From Octopus bimaculoides (Eukaryota), in NCBI RefSeq assembly GCF_001194135.2, contig NC_068985.1, positions 93,811,317 through 93,874,653 on the forward strand: a DNA stretch of 63,337 nt. The letters run 5' to 3'. A program made the translations under genes and the position numbers. The notes beneath the pieces were generated by a model. It worked only from the letters and a program-made list of their open reading frames with translations, ran no database searches and was not told where the DNA came from. This document shows positions 34,297 to 45,935 of the stretch, piece by piece. How positions within the stretch are numbered: position 1 is the stretch's first letter; each line of letters begins with the position of its first letter.

Positions 34297-34895
34297 GGAT
34301 CCATTTTTTTCTGAGTGTGGAGAAAATAAAAAGATATTTATCAGAAATTTTCATAATCCAACAACATCATCGCAATACACGACTGACATAGCTGAGCATG
34401 AAGGCTGTTCAATGCATAATCACATAAATATTAACAATGAGCTTCTGCACAGTTCCATCAATAAAATGAAGTTCTAATCGTAACGCTTTGGTCAACGCGA
34501 GGTCACAGTAGAAAACACTTGGCTAAGCTGCCTGCAAGCTGGTTTTCGAACTTGGAACAACGACGTGACTGCAAAACTATGCTTCTTAACCACAGTAACG
34601 TAGCTACGCTGAAAGTGGTTAACTTCCTAGAATTTATAAAGTCACAAAACTTTACCACATATAACATAAACCAAAGATCCAAATTAGAAAAGTAACATAC
34701 ATAAAAACGGATTCGAAGATGTTTATGTTAGCCAATCAAAAGTTAAGATGTAAATAGCTTTTCTTTCTCCTCCAGACAAAAGAGGCAACAGAAATTTGTG
34801 AGTAAATTACAAATAATTTACTCACAAATAATTTACTTACTGTTGCTGAAAAACATATAATAGACATTACAAATTGATTGGCTATTAACTTGACT

Positions 34896-35266
34896 GTGGA
34901 GGCACAATGGCCCAGTGGTTAAGGCAGCGGACTCGCGGTCATGGGATCGCGGTTTCGATTCCCAGACCGGGTGTTGTGAGTGTTTATTGAGCGAAAACAC
35001 CTGAAGCTCCACGAGGCTCCGGCAGGGGATGGTGGCGAACCCTGCTGTACTCTTCCACCACAATTTTCTCTCACTCTTGTGCCTGTAATTGAAAGGGTCA
35101 GCTTTGTCACACTGTGTCACGCTGAATATCCCCGAAAACTACGGTAAGGGTATACGTGTCTGTGGAGTGCTCAGCCACTTGCACGTTAATTTCACGAGCA
35201 GGCTGTTCCATTGATCAGGTCACCTGGAACCCTCGCCGTCGTAAGCGACGGAGTGCCAACAACAAC
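34896..35266 (+). mobile_element. SINE family C, full length (371 bp), tRNA head, (AAC)n tail, TSD
   Basis: A box TGGCCCAGTGG, B box GTTTCGATTCC. ATTAACTTGACT (34884-34895) / ATTAACACGACT (35267-35278). Confidence 0.93.
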
Positions 35267-35284
35267 ATTAACACGACTAAAGGA

Positions 35285-35783
35285 GGGATGTGGAAGAATC
35301 GCTAGCATGCCGAACAAAATGCTTAGCGGCATTACCGTTCGGCTTTAGACTCATAGTTCAAATTCTGCTACCATCGACTTTGCCTTTCATCCTTTTCGGG
35401 GTCAATAAACTAAGTAGCAGTTGATGTAATCGACCGGTCCCCTTCACAGAAAATTTCAAGCCTTGTGCCTTTAGTAGAAAGGGTTATTATTGTAAGTATT
35501 ATCATTATTATTATTAGGCAGCGAGCTGGCAGAATCATTAGAAGCCAGGCGAAATGCTTAGCGGCACTTCGTCCACCTTGACGTTCTGAGTCGAAATTCC
35601 GCCGAGGTTGAGTTTGCCTTTCATCGCTTTCGGGGTCGATAATACAAGTAGCAGTTGAGCACTGGGGTCGATGTAATCCGCAAACACCCTCCCTTCCAGA
35701 TTTGCTGGCCTTGTGCCAAAATTAGAAACCATTATTGCCCCGACTATAAGGCGGCGAGGTAGCAGAATCGTTAGCACGCTGTG
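35285..35783 (+). mobile_element. tandem SINE family B copies (35285-35490, 35517-35735) plus head stub (35749-35783)
   Basis: Repeated AGAATC.TTAG..AAATGCTTAGCGGC and GCCTTTCATC motifs. Confidence 0.88.
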
Positions 35784-38519
35784 TAATAAGCTTATATATA
35801 TATAACAACAACAACAATAATAATAATAATAATAATAAAAATAATAGATTGATGAATGCGGAATTTCTGCCGTAAATTCAAGCATAGATGACACCAGGTA
35901 GCCCAGACTGTAAACGTGCTTTAGTCAACACACTATTTGACATATACCCATTAGTTTCAAAAAATCACTCACACACACACACACACACGCACGCTCACAC
36001 ACATACACACACACATACACACACACACACTCAAACACACACACACACACAAATACACACACACATACATGCAAACACACTCACACACAAACACACACAC
36101 ATAGGCATCTGTGCAACTACTCAAGAATGGCTACTAGAATACTTGCGTAGCTACATATTTGCTTTTGCATGGCATATAGATTCTTATACGTGTATGTGCG
36201 TAAATATGCATGCATACGTGCTTGTACGTCTAAAAGGTATTTTCTCGTTACTGCCCTTATTCACCTCAGCCTTCTCCCCATCCACTGGCTGGTTTTCTAG
36301 TTCCTTCTCATTCTGCTCAATATCCTCCGCGTACACTTGTTAAACTCTCCAACCTCAACACACGCTCCCACTTCTTTAACTCTTATATTCATTCTCTCAC
36401 ACCTTCTCCTTCACTTTCCTTTCAAGCTCTTTTTCTTCCTCTCTCTCTTTAACAAATCCCATTTATTTTCCCTTGAGCAACTGTCGACATTACATCGTTT
36501 TTCGACAACAGTTTATTTCAGAAATGTCAGACTTCTCTTCTTTCCCACGGCTTAAATTGTATTTAACTGTCTAAACCATTTCTGTTCATAACAACTGTTG
36601 CTGGAGCAACGGCACTGGTCCTATATACTGAAATTACTATTCTATAGATGCTTCCAGTATCATACCTCCTCATACGAAATCTCTAAATCACGGATATTCC
36701 TTAAATTGGGAGCCACGGAAGTCTACTATAATTGTGTTGATGAAAACTGCGTTGCCTGATTTTCGCTCGTTAGAGTTTATACCTTATAGACAAAAATAGC
36801 TCCAGAAATGCAAATTTTGTTCCTGTATTTGGAAAACGTGTTCTAATTTGTTATACAGCATCTCGAATAGTGTATTTTTCGGATAAGCAAAATTTTCATT
36901 TTTTTTCCACAATTAATTGTGATATGTTAATATTTTTATTTGATTCATATTCAGACATCCAATTCAATTGCGATAGAGGAGCCCTGTTTTGCTTGTATAT
37001 ACATCTGACTGAGTAGAAGTGTTCAGTGAAACATTTATAGAAAGAGGTTTTAGTGAGGCCGCTATAATCTCATTGTCGTCTGCTGAAGATATTTCAGCTC
37101 TATGTTCTAAGGCGTTTTTCGTTTATTCATTGAGCGGGCAGACGATATGTGTGTGGTGTATGATTATCTGTATATGTGTGATGGATATATTCAATAACTC
37201 ATGCTTTTCATATCCAGAATTGCATCCAACTCATTTATTTATTATAAGTACTAACACTTATATCTCTTTCATGCCTAATTTTAATACAGTCATGCAATGT
37301 TTTCTGTATCTTTTATTTCACTGTTGTTGCTGTTTATTCCCAGATGATAGATAATCCAGAAGACCTACGGATACAATCGTCCTAACCGAAACAATCCTGT
37401 TTATTTAGGGTTATTCAAGAATTCATTTTAACCAACTTGCACTTCATTTTTGCAAGACAGTAACATGTGAATTTTGCAAGCGATCTAGTTGCTCGCGATA
37501 TCGCTCGCGATATAGCGTTTGAGATGTTACTTCACTTTAGCCACAAGTCAGCCTTGAATAAAATTTCTCATGATTAAGTGCTCCAGCGATGGCCATCCAC
37601 TTGTGGTTTTAATCTTAGTATACTGTAACTGACATTGTATGAGGAGCTGTTCGTTTGGTTTCATTACTGATTCAGCAACAGTCAATTGCACTTTATTATA
37701 ATTACAAGTTCTCTCTTAACTGATTAATATTCACAAAAAATTATATTTTCTTGGGTTGCATTACATAGCTGAATATTATTCCTGTGTAGTTTATTTAATC
37801 TCACTTTTAATCAAAAGATATGCTAAATGATTTCTTAACTCATCTGAAATATGAATGGTATGTCCACATTTCCTATTTTCAATCATTCTCTAATCATTTA
37901 CTTTTCTTCATTTTTTTCTTATTTCCTAATATTTCGGTTTTTAATGTTGAAGTTTCTAAATTATGACTTTATTGTAGGAAAATATTTAACCTTTATAATT
38001 TGAGACAACAAAATGTAAAAAGGAAAGATTGAAAGAAAAAAAAGAATAAGAATCGTCCACCAGTAAAAATTTGAATAATAATAAAAAAGCAACATCACAT
38101 TTGAATTGAAACTCCTTCGCTTGCAATAATTCAAAAGTGAGGATTATAATCTAAAACGAAGAAATACTGTGCCGTCTCATAACTCCCTGATAACAATCGT
38201 AACTTATAATCCTCGATAGCTAGAAAATATTAGGAAAACAAACTTTATTATGAAACTGATCGAAATCTGGACAGTAGCATCTCCATACGGATCAGTTTGT
38301 TGGTTTGCGATGTCAAACATTATCTCTGACACCAGGTCGTTGGGTTATTTAAGTTGTACGACTTCTGTCGTTAAAATGAATAATATATAACATGCAATGC
38401 TTTGTTGCTTTGCCGGTCAATAAATGCTCACATATAAGTTGTTCTATATCATAACATCTGACAGGTCTCAGAATAACTTTACTTAATGTTAAATCTATAT
38501 CAGCATTATTGTTTACGTT

Positions 38520-38680
38520 TAGCTGTAGGTCTTCCCAAATCGAGCAGACCTATGATCGAAAGCATTCTAACCATGACATTGCTATTTATATTTCATGTCG
38601 ATTACTTACGTCATTCTATCTTTAAAGGCGTTTGGCTGTGACTTTTAATAGGTCAAGAGACAACGTAGAGGCTTCTTCAT
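38520..38680 (+). repeat. old interspersed repeat (family F); related pieces near 20850, 37545, 40850, 45660, 46090
   Basis: Recurring GATCGAGCAGACCTATGATC..GCATTC.A.CCATGAC and TTTGGCTG motifs; low identity between copies. Confidence 0.4.
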
Positions 38681-38747
38681 TTGTTCCTGTTGCTATTGAT
38701 ATCTAAGGCAGAGGCAACAACTTTTGGAGGCGGATATAATCGTTTAA

Positions 38748-38971
38748 TCCATTAAGTCCCACTGTCCTATAAATAGGACACTAAATGAGAACATTAAATA
38801 AGCTATATCACTTTGTCTCAGTGTCCTATTTATAGGACACCGAGTATTTCCATTTCTACTTGAAGTAAAGGAGTTTTAATAATTTTTTTTCTTCATTTTA
38901 ACCTATTTTCAATCATCTGTAAAAATTTAAAAGTAATATTCAGAAATTTAAGTACTGTGGGACTTAACGGG
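38748..38971. mobile_element. piggyBac-like MITE (224 bp) with TTAA TSD
   Basis: TTAA|TCCATTAAGTCCCACTGT ... ACTGTGGGACTTAACGGG|TTAA: 18-bp TIR with 3 mismatches; TTAA at 38744-38747 and 38972-38975. Confidence 0.82.
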
Positions 38972-39361
38972 TTAAGCTGGTATTTTAGAGTTAACCCTAA
39001 TATAGAACTAAATAGTCAACAGTGACCGGCTGGACTTGATCTCAGAACGTACATTCGAAGGAAAAACTGTAATTTAATGTATCTATAGAACACATACAGA
39101 AAGACCCGATTGTGAAAATCTATTAAAGCCTCCTCTTTGTTTTTCGCCTCAGATTCTATTTAAGACATCTTTGTAAAATGCCCAATTTGTTCTGTACTTT
39201 CGATTTTCTTTTCATCGCTAAATTTGACGACTAATTTTGAATTCTAATTAAATTACACTTTAAGTCAATACTTTCTAGGCTGTACGAAATATGGTGAGGC
39301 GTTTTTCAGGCAGAAGCTCTACCGATCCTACATACCATTGCTCTTGGATGTTTAAATCAAT

Positions 39362-39775
39362 ATTCTTTTCTAATCTAGGCACAAGGCCCGAAATATTTGG
39401 GGAAGAGCCCAGTTGATTAGATCGACCCCAGTACGCAACTGGTACTTAATTTATCGACCCCAAAAGGAAGAAAGACAAAGTGAACCTCGGCGGAATCTGA
39501 ACTCAGAACGTAAAGCCAGACGGTGTGCTAACATTTCTGCTAGCTCGCCACCTAAAATATTCTTTTCTACTCTAGGCACAAGTCCCAAAATTTTTGGGGA
39601 GGGGGCCAGTCCATAAAATCGACTTCAGTACGCAACTGGTACTTGATTTATCGATTCCGAAAGGATGAAAGGCAAAGTCGACCTCGGTGGAATTTGAACT
39701 CAGAACGTAAAGACAGACGAAATACCGTTAAACATTTCGCTCGGCGTGTAAACGTTTCTGCCAGCTCGCTGCCTT
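39362..39775 (-). mobile_element. two tandem SINE family B copies
   Basis: 39362-39552 (with a ~30-bp head deletion) and 39559-39775; both start with the ATTCTTTTCTA.TCTAGGCACAAG tail. Confidence 0.93.
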
Positions 39776-40374
39776 GCTGGTAAATCAATAATGACACAAA
39801 AAGCCTGCTCGTATTTCAGAGCCATTTTGATATTAATCCACAATAACATGTGCTAGGTCATATCTTGTTTGGTATTAAAGATACGAAACAGGTGCTCTTC
39901 AATAACGATTGTACTTCCAATAATTTATTTGCAGTAGTAGTAATAGCAGCAGTATTATTATTATTAATATTAGTAGTAGTAGTAACCGTTAATGATGATG
40001 ATATTTAACCCTAGGTTAATCCAGCTTGTTGCGATACAGTTCATCTAGTTTTCAAGTGTGACTATATGTTTCGTATGAATTGGTGAAGATTTTCGAGCAT
40101 CGAACAAAATAATACACGGTATCTTTGCCTTGTTAGTTCAAATCCCACAGGGTTCACCTTTGCTTTTTCGTTGGGCGGTGGGGGGGGGGAATAAAAGGTA
40201 CACTAGTGAAAGATGGCTAATTGACGGAACTGTAAACACATCACAGCGGATGCCTTGTGGCATTCGTGGCGTTCTGAGTTCAAATCCCACCACGGTCGAC
40301 TTGAGGTGTAGACATTACCGTCACCTGGTTTAACATTACCAACTAGCGTTGTGGGTACGTTTAAGAAAAAAATA

Positions 40375-40528
40375 GGCGCAGGAGTGGCTGTGTGATAAGT
40401 AGCTTGTTTACCAGCCACATGGTTCTAGGTTCAGTCCCACTGCGTGGGGAAGTGTCTTCTACTATAGCCTCGGGCCAACCAAAGCCTTGTGAGTGGATTT
40501 GGTAGACAGAAACGGAAAGAAGCCCGTC

Positions 40529-40610
<82 letters not shown>

Positions 40611-40820
40611 TTGTGTGTCTGTGTTTGTCCCTCCAACATCGCTTGACAACCGATGCCGGTGTGTTTACGTCCCCGTAACTTAGCGGTTCGGCAAAAGAGA
40701 CTGATAGAACAAGTACTAGGCTTACAAAGAATAAGTCCTGGGGTCGATTTGCTCGACTAAAGGCGGTGCTCCAGCATGGCCGCAGTCAAATCACTGAAAC
40801 AAGTAAAAGAGTAAAAGAGA
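40375..40820 (+). mobile_element. SINE family A, full length, long internal (TA)n(TG)n
   Basis: Best-preserved copy in the window; used as reference for the others. Confidence 0.95.
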
Positions 40821-41149
40821 ACGGTTATTGTTGCTGATCAATTCAAATTCAACTTGATCAAGCAAACCGATCACCAAAATTATTCTTTTTCTTGTTATTC
40901 ACACAAAGGTATTTACACAACTTATTCCAGTGCACAAGTTATTTGCCAATGCACACTATCATAGTTTTGTTCGGATTTTATCGATTCAGTTATCTAGGAA
41001 TACATAACTCTTATGTATTTCAGACGGAGATTGGAATGATATGAGCAATAGAAGAGAAGAAGGTGGCGATGATAAAATTCAAGGAGTGAAATGATATAAA
41101 ATTCTAGTTGATGTGATGCTGAACGTGTAAAGAATAGTAGCCTTTCTGG

Positions 41150-41240
41150 TTTCCTGACGTCTATTGACTTCAAGAAGGCTTTTAACTCAATTCACCGCTT
41201 TACAATGATCAAGATGTTGAGAGCATACGGAATGTTGCTT
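41150..41240 (+). mobile_element. non-LTR reverse-transcriptase fragment (RTE-like)
   Basis: TSIDFKKAFNSIHRFTMIKMLRAYGM corresponds to the RT motif DFxKAFDS(I/V)xR..L..YG. Confidence 0.75.
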
Positions 41241-41889
41241 CGAAACCTTCGAACTTTCTGATCATTGCACAAACAGAATCATACGAGCGATCACACCAGA
41301 ATGATGAAACTGCCATGTTTGAGAATGGGGCTGTTGCCCTCTAATGTATTATAGTAATAAGAAAATTTGATCCTGTATAATCTGAGTAGTTATATTTCCA
41401 AGAGATTTCATGAGCAAAGTATTATATAAAGAAATGAATAAATAAAACAAAACAAAGAAAATCAGCAAAAACAAACCGGAATATAAACCAATTAAATTTA
41501 GTTTGTAATTGAAAAATAGGTTAGAGAGAAGACTTTTCGAAACTTCAATCTTTTGACAAGAGAGGAGAAGAAGGCAAGACAAAAACATTTCGGTGTTAGA
41601 TTCACGATAGAGGGTTCATAGTTTCGTCTCATAAGATTCTTGCCAAGCAAAATCTATGGTAGAAGTTTCTCAGTGGCTTCAGACCTTCTTCCAATAACGT
41701 CAATCATGTGAACTTCGCTCAAGGCGCGCGATGAATTGTTGTTAAACCCTAGCGACGGATTATGTCTAACAGCCTCCATCCGTATATAAATATAATTACA
41801 AGCCAACGAAAGTCTCCGACTCAATGAGGAAGAGAACAAGTTTTATTGTGGTTAATTCAGCTGCTAAAAATAACAGTTAAACCACCATC

Positions 41890-42105
41890 AAACTTTTACT
41901 TGTTTCAGTTGTTGGATTGTAGTCAGGCTTGCAACCGGTTCGAAGAATTTTAGTCCAACAAATCGACACTAGGGCTTAATTTTGTTCAGCTCGATATATA
42001 ATCTGTCGTACTCTTTTGCAGAACAGTTTAATAGCATAGACGTAAGAAAACCAACACTGGTTGTGAAGTGGAACTGATGGAGACAAACCGAGAGACACAG
42101 AAACT
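41890..42105 (-). mobile_element. SINE family A 3' half, old
   Basis: TTTTACTTGTTTCAGT..TTTAGTC..AAATCGAC..ACCAACAC.GGTTGT..GAGACAAAC. Confidence 0.7.
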
Positions 42106-43714
42106 TAAAATAGAAAGCAAAAAGAAATCATTGAGGCACTGCTTGAAAGGAAGACAGCATAAAGACTGGAATACTATTGCTTATGGCTATTTTCAATAGG
42201 TGCTCACTTTGGCTAGACAACAAGCGACTGCCAAAAATTTCATTTATACTCCATAATATATCTCTCCAGCTGTTCGTGATGTCTTGAGCTATAAAATCTG
42301 TATTCATTCCAGTACTGGCAAATAAAATTGCAGAAAGTCTTGAATTCAATTCATAATTTTCAGTCACAATTCATATTGTTCTTTTACTGTCAGCAGAATA
42401 TTTCACCCTTAAACCTGGTTATCCCGTGAAAGTCAATAACAACACAAAGAAATGCATATGATGTCTTAACAAGATTTGACAAAAAACGAATATACGACTG
42501 TCAAAGCCGGGAAAATGGAATGTAATACTAGACATTGTGAGAGATAAAACCCTCCCGTTTCGTTTCTAACTGAATATCAAGTAAGGATGTAATTGAACTG
42601 GGCTTACAGAGGGCGAGAGTTTCCAATATCACAGGCTTTTAATATATCTCAAAGAATATATTATTATTTCTTTAGAGATTTTGAAATTAATGTTTGTGTT
42701 TAGATGTGTCTTCGTTTCAACTATTTGAACTTATTGTTTAGCAGAATTAAACAAAGGTTTCGTTTCAACGTAGTCAGAAACAGATGGTTACTTAAGTGTT
42801 AGAAAACCAATTTATCGTAATTTAAAACATTTCTCTTGCCGCAAGCAATAATAAATATTTCCTTCACAAAGACAGAAAGATAAAATATAACAATATATTA
42901 AGTGTAAGATAGAAAGAAATCGCTAGTTCAAGAAATAGAATCTTTTAGGTGAGATAATCATTCTTTATACGAAAGTTTGATTATAAAACACACACACACA
43001 CACCACATAAGTAGATATACATTTATACAGCTATCTTTGTAATATATATNNNNNNNNNNNNNNNNNNNNNNNNNNNNNNNNNNNNNNNNNNNNNNNNNNN
43101 NNNNNNNNNNNNNTATATATATATATATATATATGTATATATAAATATACATATATATAGTTTTCTGTATTCTAGGAAACAATATTTCCTAAATTGTTTG
43201 TTGCCTTCAAGGCTACAAACATTTTAGGAAATATGGTTTATCAACAAATTCAATTTTCACTCGCCAAAAGTTTTCTTTTTAGATAAAGATACGAAGCTGG
43301 GAAATTCTGAGAAATTATATTTACAATTATTTGTAAATTATACAATACAAACTCAATGGTAGTTGTACAGTGAATTAATCGGTCCGGACAACGAAATAGG
43401 TAAGTGTTTGATTACAAGAGCCAATATTCTTCAGGCAGGTTATGTGGTGCATAATAAGTAGTTTTGTCATCCGATTAAGAAAACAAAAGAAAGAAAAAAA
43501 AGAAAAAAAGTGAACTCAGTTTTCTGCAGTGCCACACATTTTCGGTTGAAATAAGGGTGCTTATAACTGCGATCAACAGCATATCCACCCGTTTCAGCCT
43601 CATACTGACCAGTGTTAATTTGTATTTTATAACTGTGTCAATTATGTAATGTTATGTTTTTCTTTACTTTAGGTGTTTTAGTCATGTGTTTTTCACAAAA
43701 TAGTTCACCATTCA

Positions 43715-44456
43715 TCTTCAGTAACACACGAACTGAACGAGCATCAAATGACACGTCGTCTTGAAACTTGCTGTTCTTTGTTGTTACGACATAAAAGCGA
43801 ACCATATTTGCATCGTATTGGTCTGTGTAATGAAAAATAGATTCTTTTCAACAATAGCAAGCATTCTGTACCGTGGTTGGACTAGAGACAAAGTGCCAAA
43901 GCACAATCCAAAAAAAGAATATTCACCAAAAAACCTAATGGTGCGTGTTTGTGTGTCCAGCGCTTGTGTCATCCACTACAGCTTTATGAGAACAGGTAAT
44001 CCAATAACAGCGGAAATGATGAGTAAACTTGAAATTAAACAACTAACATTGGTCAATAGAGACAGGCCAAATCTCTTGCAAGAAAGTGCTCGACCACATA
44101 CATGTTGCACAAAGAACGCTACTCAAGCTACAGGAACTGAACTTGGAACTACTCTGTAATCCACCATATTCACCAGACCTTGCACCAACTGACTATTACG
44201 TTTTCCAAGCATTAGACAACTTTTGGCAAGGCAAAAACTTCAAATCTGACAAAAGATGCAAAAACAGCCTTTCGTGATTTCATCCTCTGTTGCTCTTCAG
44301 AATACTTCACTGCCGGCATAAATAAGCTACCGATAAAATGGCAAAATAGTGTTGATGATTTAGGTGCATACTTTGATTAACTGCATTGCTTTTTGTTGAA
44401 ATGAAGTAAAATAAACTTTTAGTTCAAAATCAGTCATTTCATTCTCAATGACCTGA
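43715..44456 (+). mobile_element. mariner (Hsmar1/cecropia-like) 3' two-thirds with right TIR
   Basis: HELNEHQMTRRLETCCSLLLRHKSEPYLHRI..CNEK*ILFNN..KHNPKK..KNLMVRVCVSSACVIHYSFM..LVNRDRPNLLQESARPH..PPYSPDLAPTDYYVFQALDNF..KWQNSV..GAYFD*. End ..ATTCTCAATGACCTGA|TA. Confidence 0.93.
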
Positions 44457-45165
44457 TATATAAACATTGTACAAAATTTCGCACAAAAATAGATAAATTG
44501 TGGAGACCAGACTCATGTTGCATACAATACTAAAATTAACGCGCAAACACTCATTAAAAAATTAACAAAAAGTAAAACAAAAATGGTCAAACTTTGACTG
44601 CTACAAACAAATCAATACAAAGCAATAGATAAAGAACAACACACATGCCAGATATAGTAGTTAATTCCCGAAAATTAGATTGGCAAGTTCTGGAAAATTT
44701 GGACATGGATTTAGGAACTCTATTGCTCCAAAACTAAGGAAATACAAAAAAAAAGAAAAAGAATAAGACATAAATATGCATGAAAACAAAGCCGTTATCC
44801 ATATATAGGAACATATATATTTGTGTACAATTAGCGTCTCACATTTCCGTTTATTTCTTCGATAGGGCATTTGTTGACCCGAGTGTAGAGTAGGAGATAT
44901 TTACTCGATCGGATCGAACCTGAAACCACGTTATTGCGAAGCGGACATCTTATCCATACAGCAGTCTATACACCTGCTAATACAATATCATCGAACATCC
45001 GTTTCTTTGCATATAGTTAAAGGAAATGTTTAATTATTTTACTAATTATATAGTTATCGCTTCTCTGCTGTTAACTTCAGTGAATTTCGTAAAAGATATA
45101 TGAAGTTAAACGTTGAGAAGGATAACGAGATTAAATTAAATAAGTCTGTTCTTTTCAAATGCCAA

Positions 45166-45223
<58 letters not shown>

Positions 45224-45894
45224 CTCGTATCTCCATATACCAACTGATTTAATTACTAGCTTCCAATATAAGTGGTGCTAGAGCTATTAAAACTTGGCTA
45301 AAGTTTTGTTAATATCTTACATTCTGTACTAATTCAGTAATAGTAGTTCCCCAAATCGATACAGAGATGAGTTCCTCCGTGTGACCTGCTCCACGTGACT
45401 TGCTCCACCTGCCAGAAAGTGCACATGATACCTTCTTAGTGGATAAGAAAGCTCTAGTAATATTTTTTCTGAATGTAAGTTGGGATACTGATGATTAGAA
45501 CGCGTTTGCTTATATATTTTTCGATCAGGACTAAACTCGGTTTAATCAGGATCAAACATCGATCATACCCTGAATTGCAATATTACGAAAATCTGTGTCA
45601 TTTTTATTTTGATGTTTTGTCTGTTACTATTCTTGTTTGGGGTTGCAGTTGAGGTTTTGCCCCCAGATCAACTCTGATTGAACAAATTTGTGCTCAGAAG
45701 CATTCAAGCCATATTTTATCAGTTTCTTGTTTCAGTCATTGGACTACAGTCCTGCTAGGTAAACCCTTGACTAAGTCTTAGTTTTCTTTTAAGAAATTCT
45801 TTATCCCGTTCTCTATTTTGAAATAAATCCTTTTTTGTTTAAGACACGAATTTCTGGTTCCTTACCTTCCATTGTATCGTGCAAGGAAGACCAA

Positions 45895-45935
45895 TACAGT
45901 CCGCTGCCCTAACCACTGGGCCATTGTGCCTCCAC
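45895..45935 (-). mobile_element. SINE family C tRNA head stub
   Basis: Reverse complement GTGGAGGCACAATGGCCCAGTGGTTAGGGCAGCGGACTG. Confidence 0.8.

Noticed and set aside
34896-34970. tRNA-like sequences in SINE heads
   Set aside because: They continue into SINE bodies and lack a proper acceptor stem; not tRNA genes.
36200-36345. Acidic peptide YAEDIEQNEKELENQPVDGEKAEVNK on the minus strand
   Set aside because: Purine-rich low-complexity strand, upstream stop and no pyrimidine-rich acceptor.
37490-37515. GCTCGCGATATC x2 containing palindrome GCGATATCGC
   Set aside because: A 12-bp slippage duplication; nothing further supports a function.
42128-42367. ORF with LLSSQSEHLLKIAISNSIPVFMLSSF, faintly like L1 post-RT sequence
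   Set aside because: Similarity too short and weak to call without a search.
45488-45510. CTGATGATTAGAACGCGTTT, ultra-minimal hammerhead-like string
   Set aside because: GAAC instead of GAAA, no stem II and no stem I.
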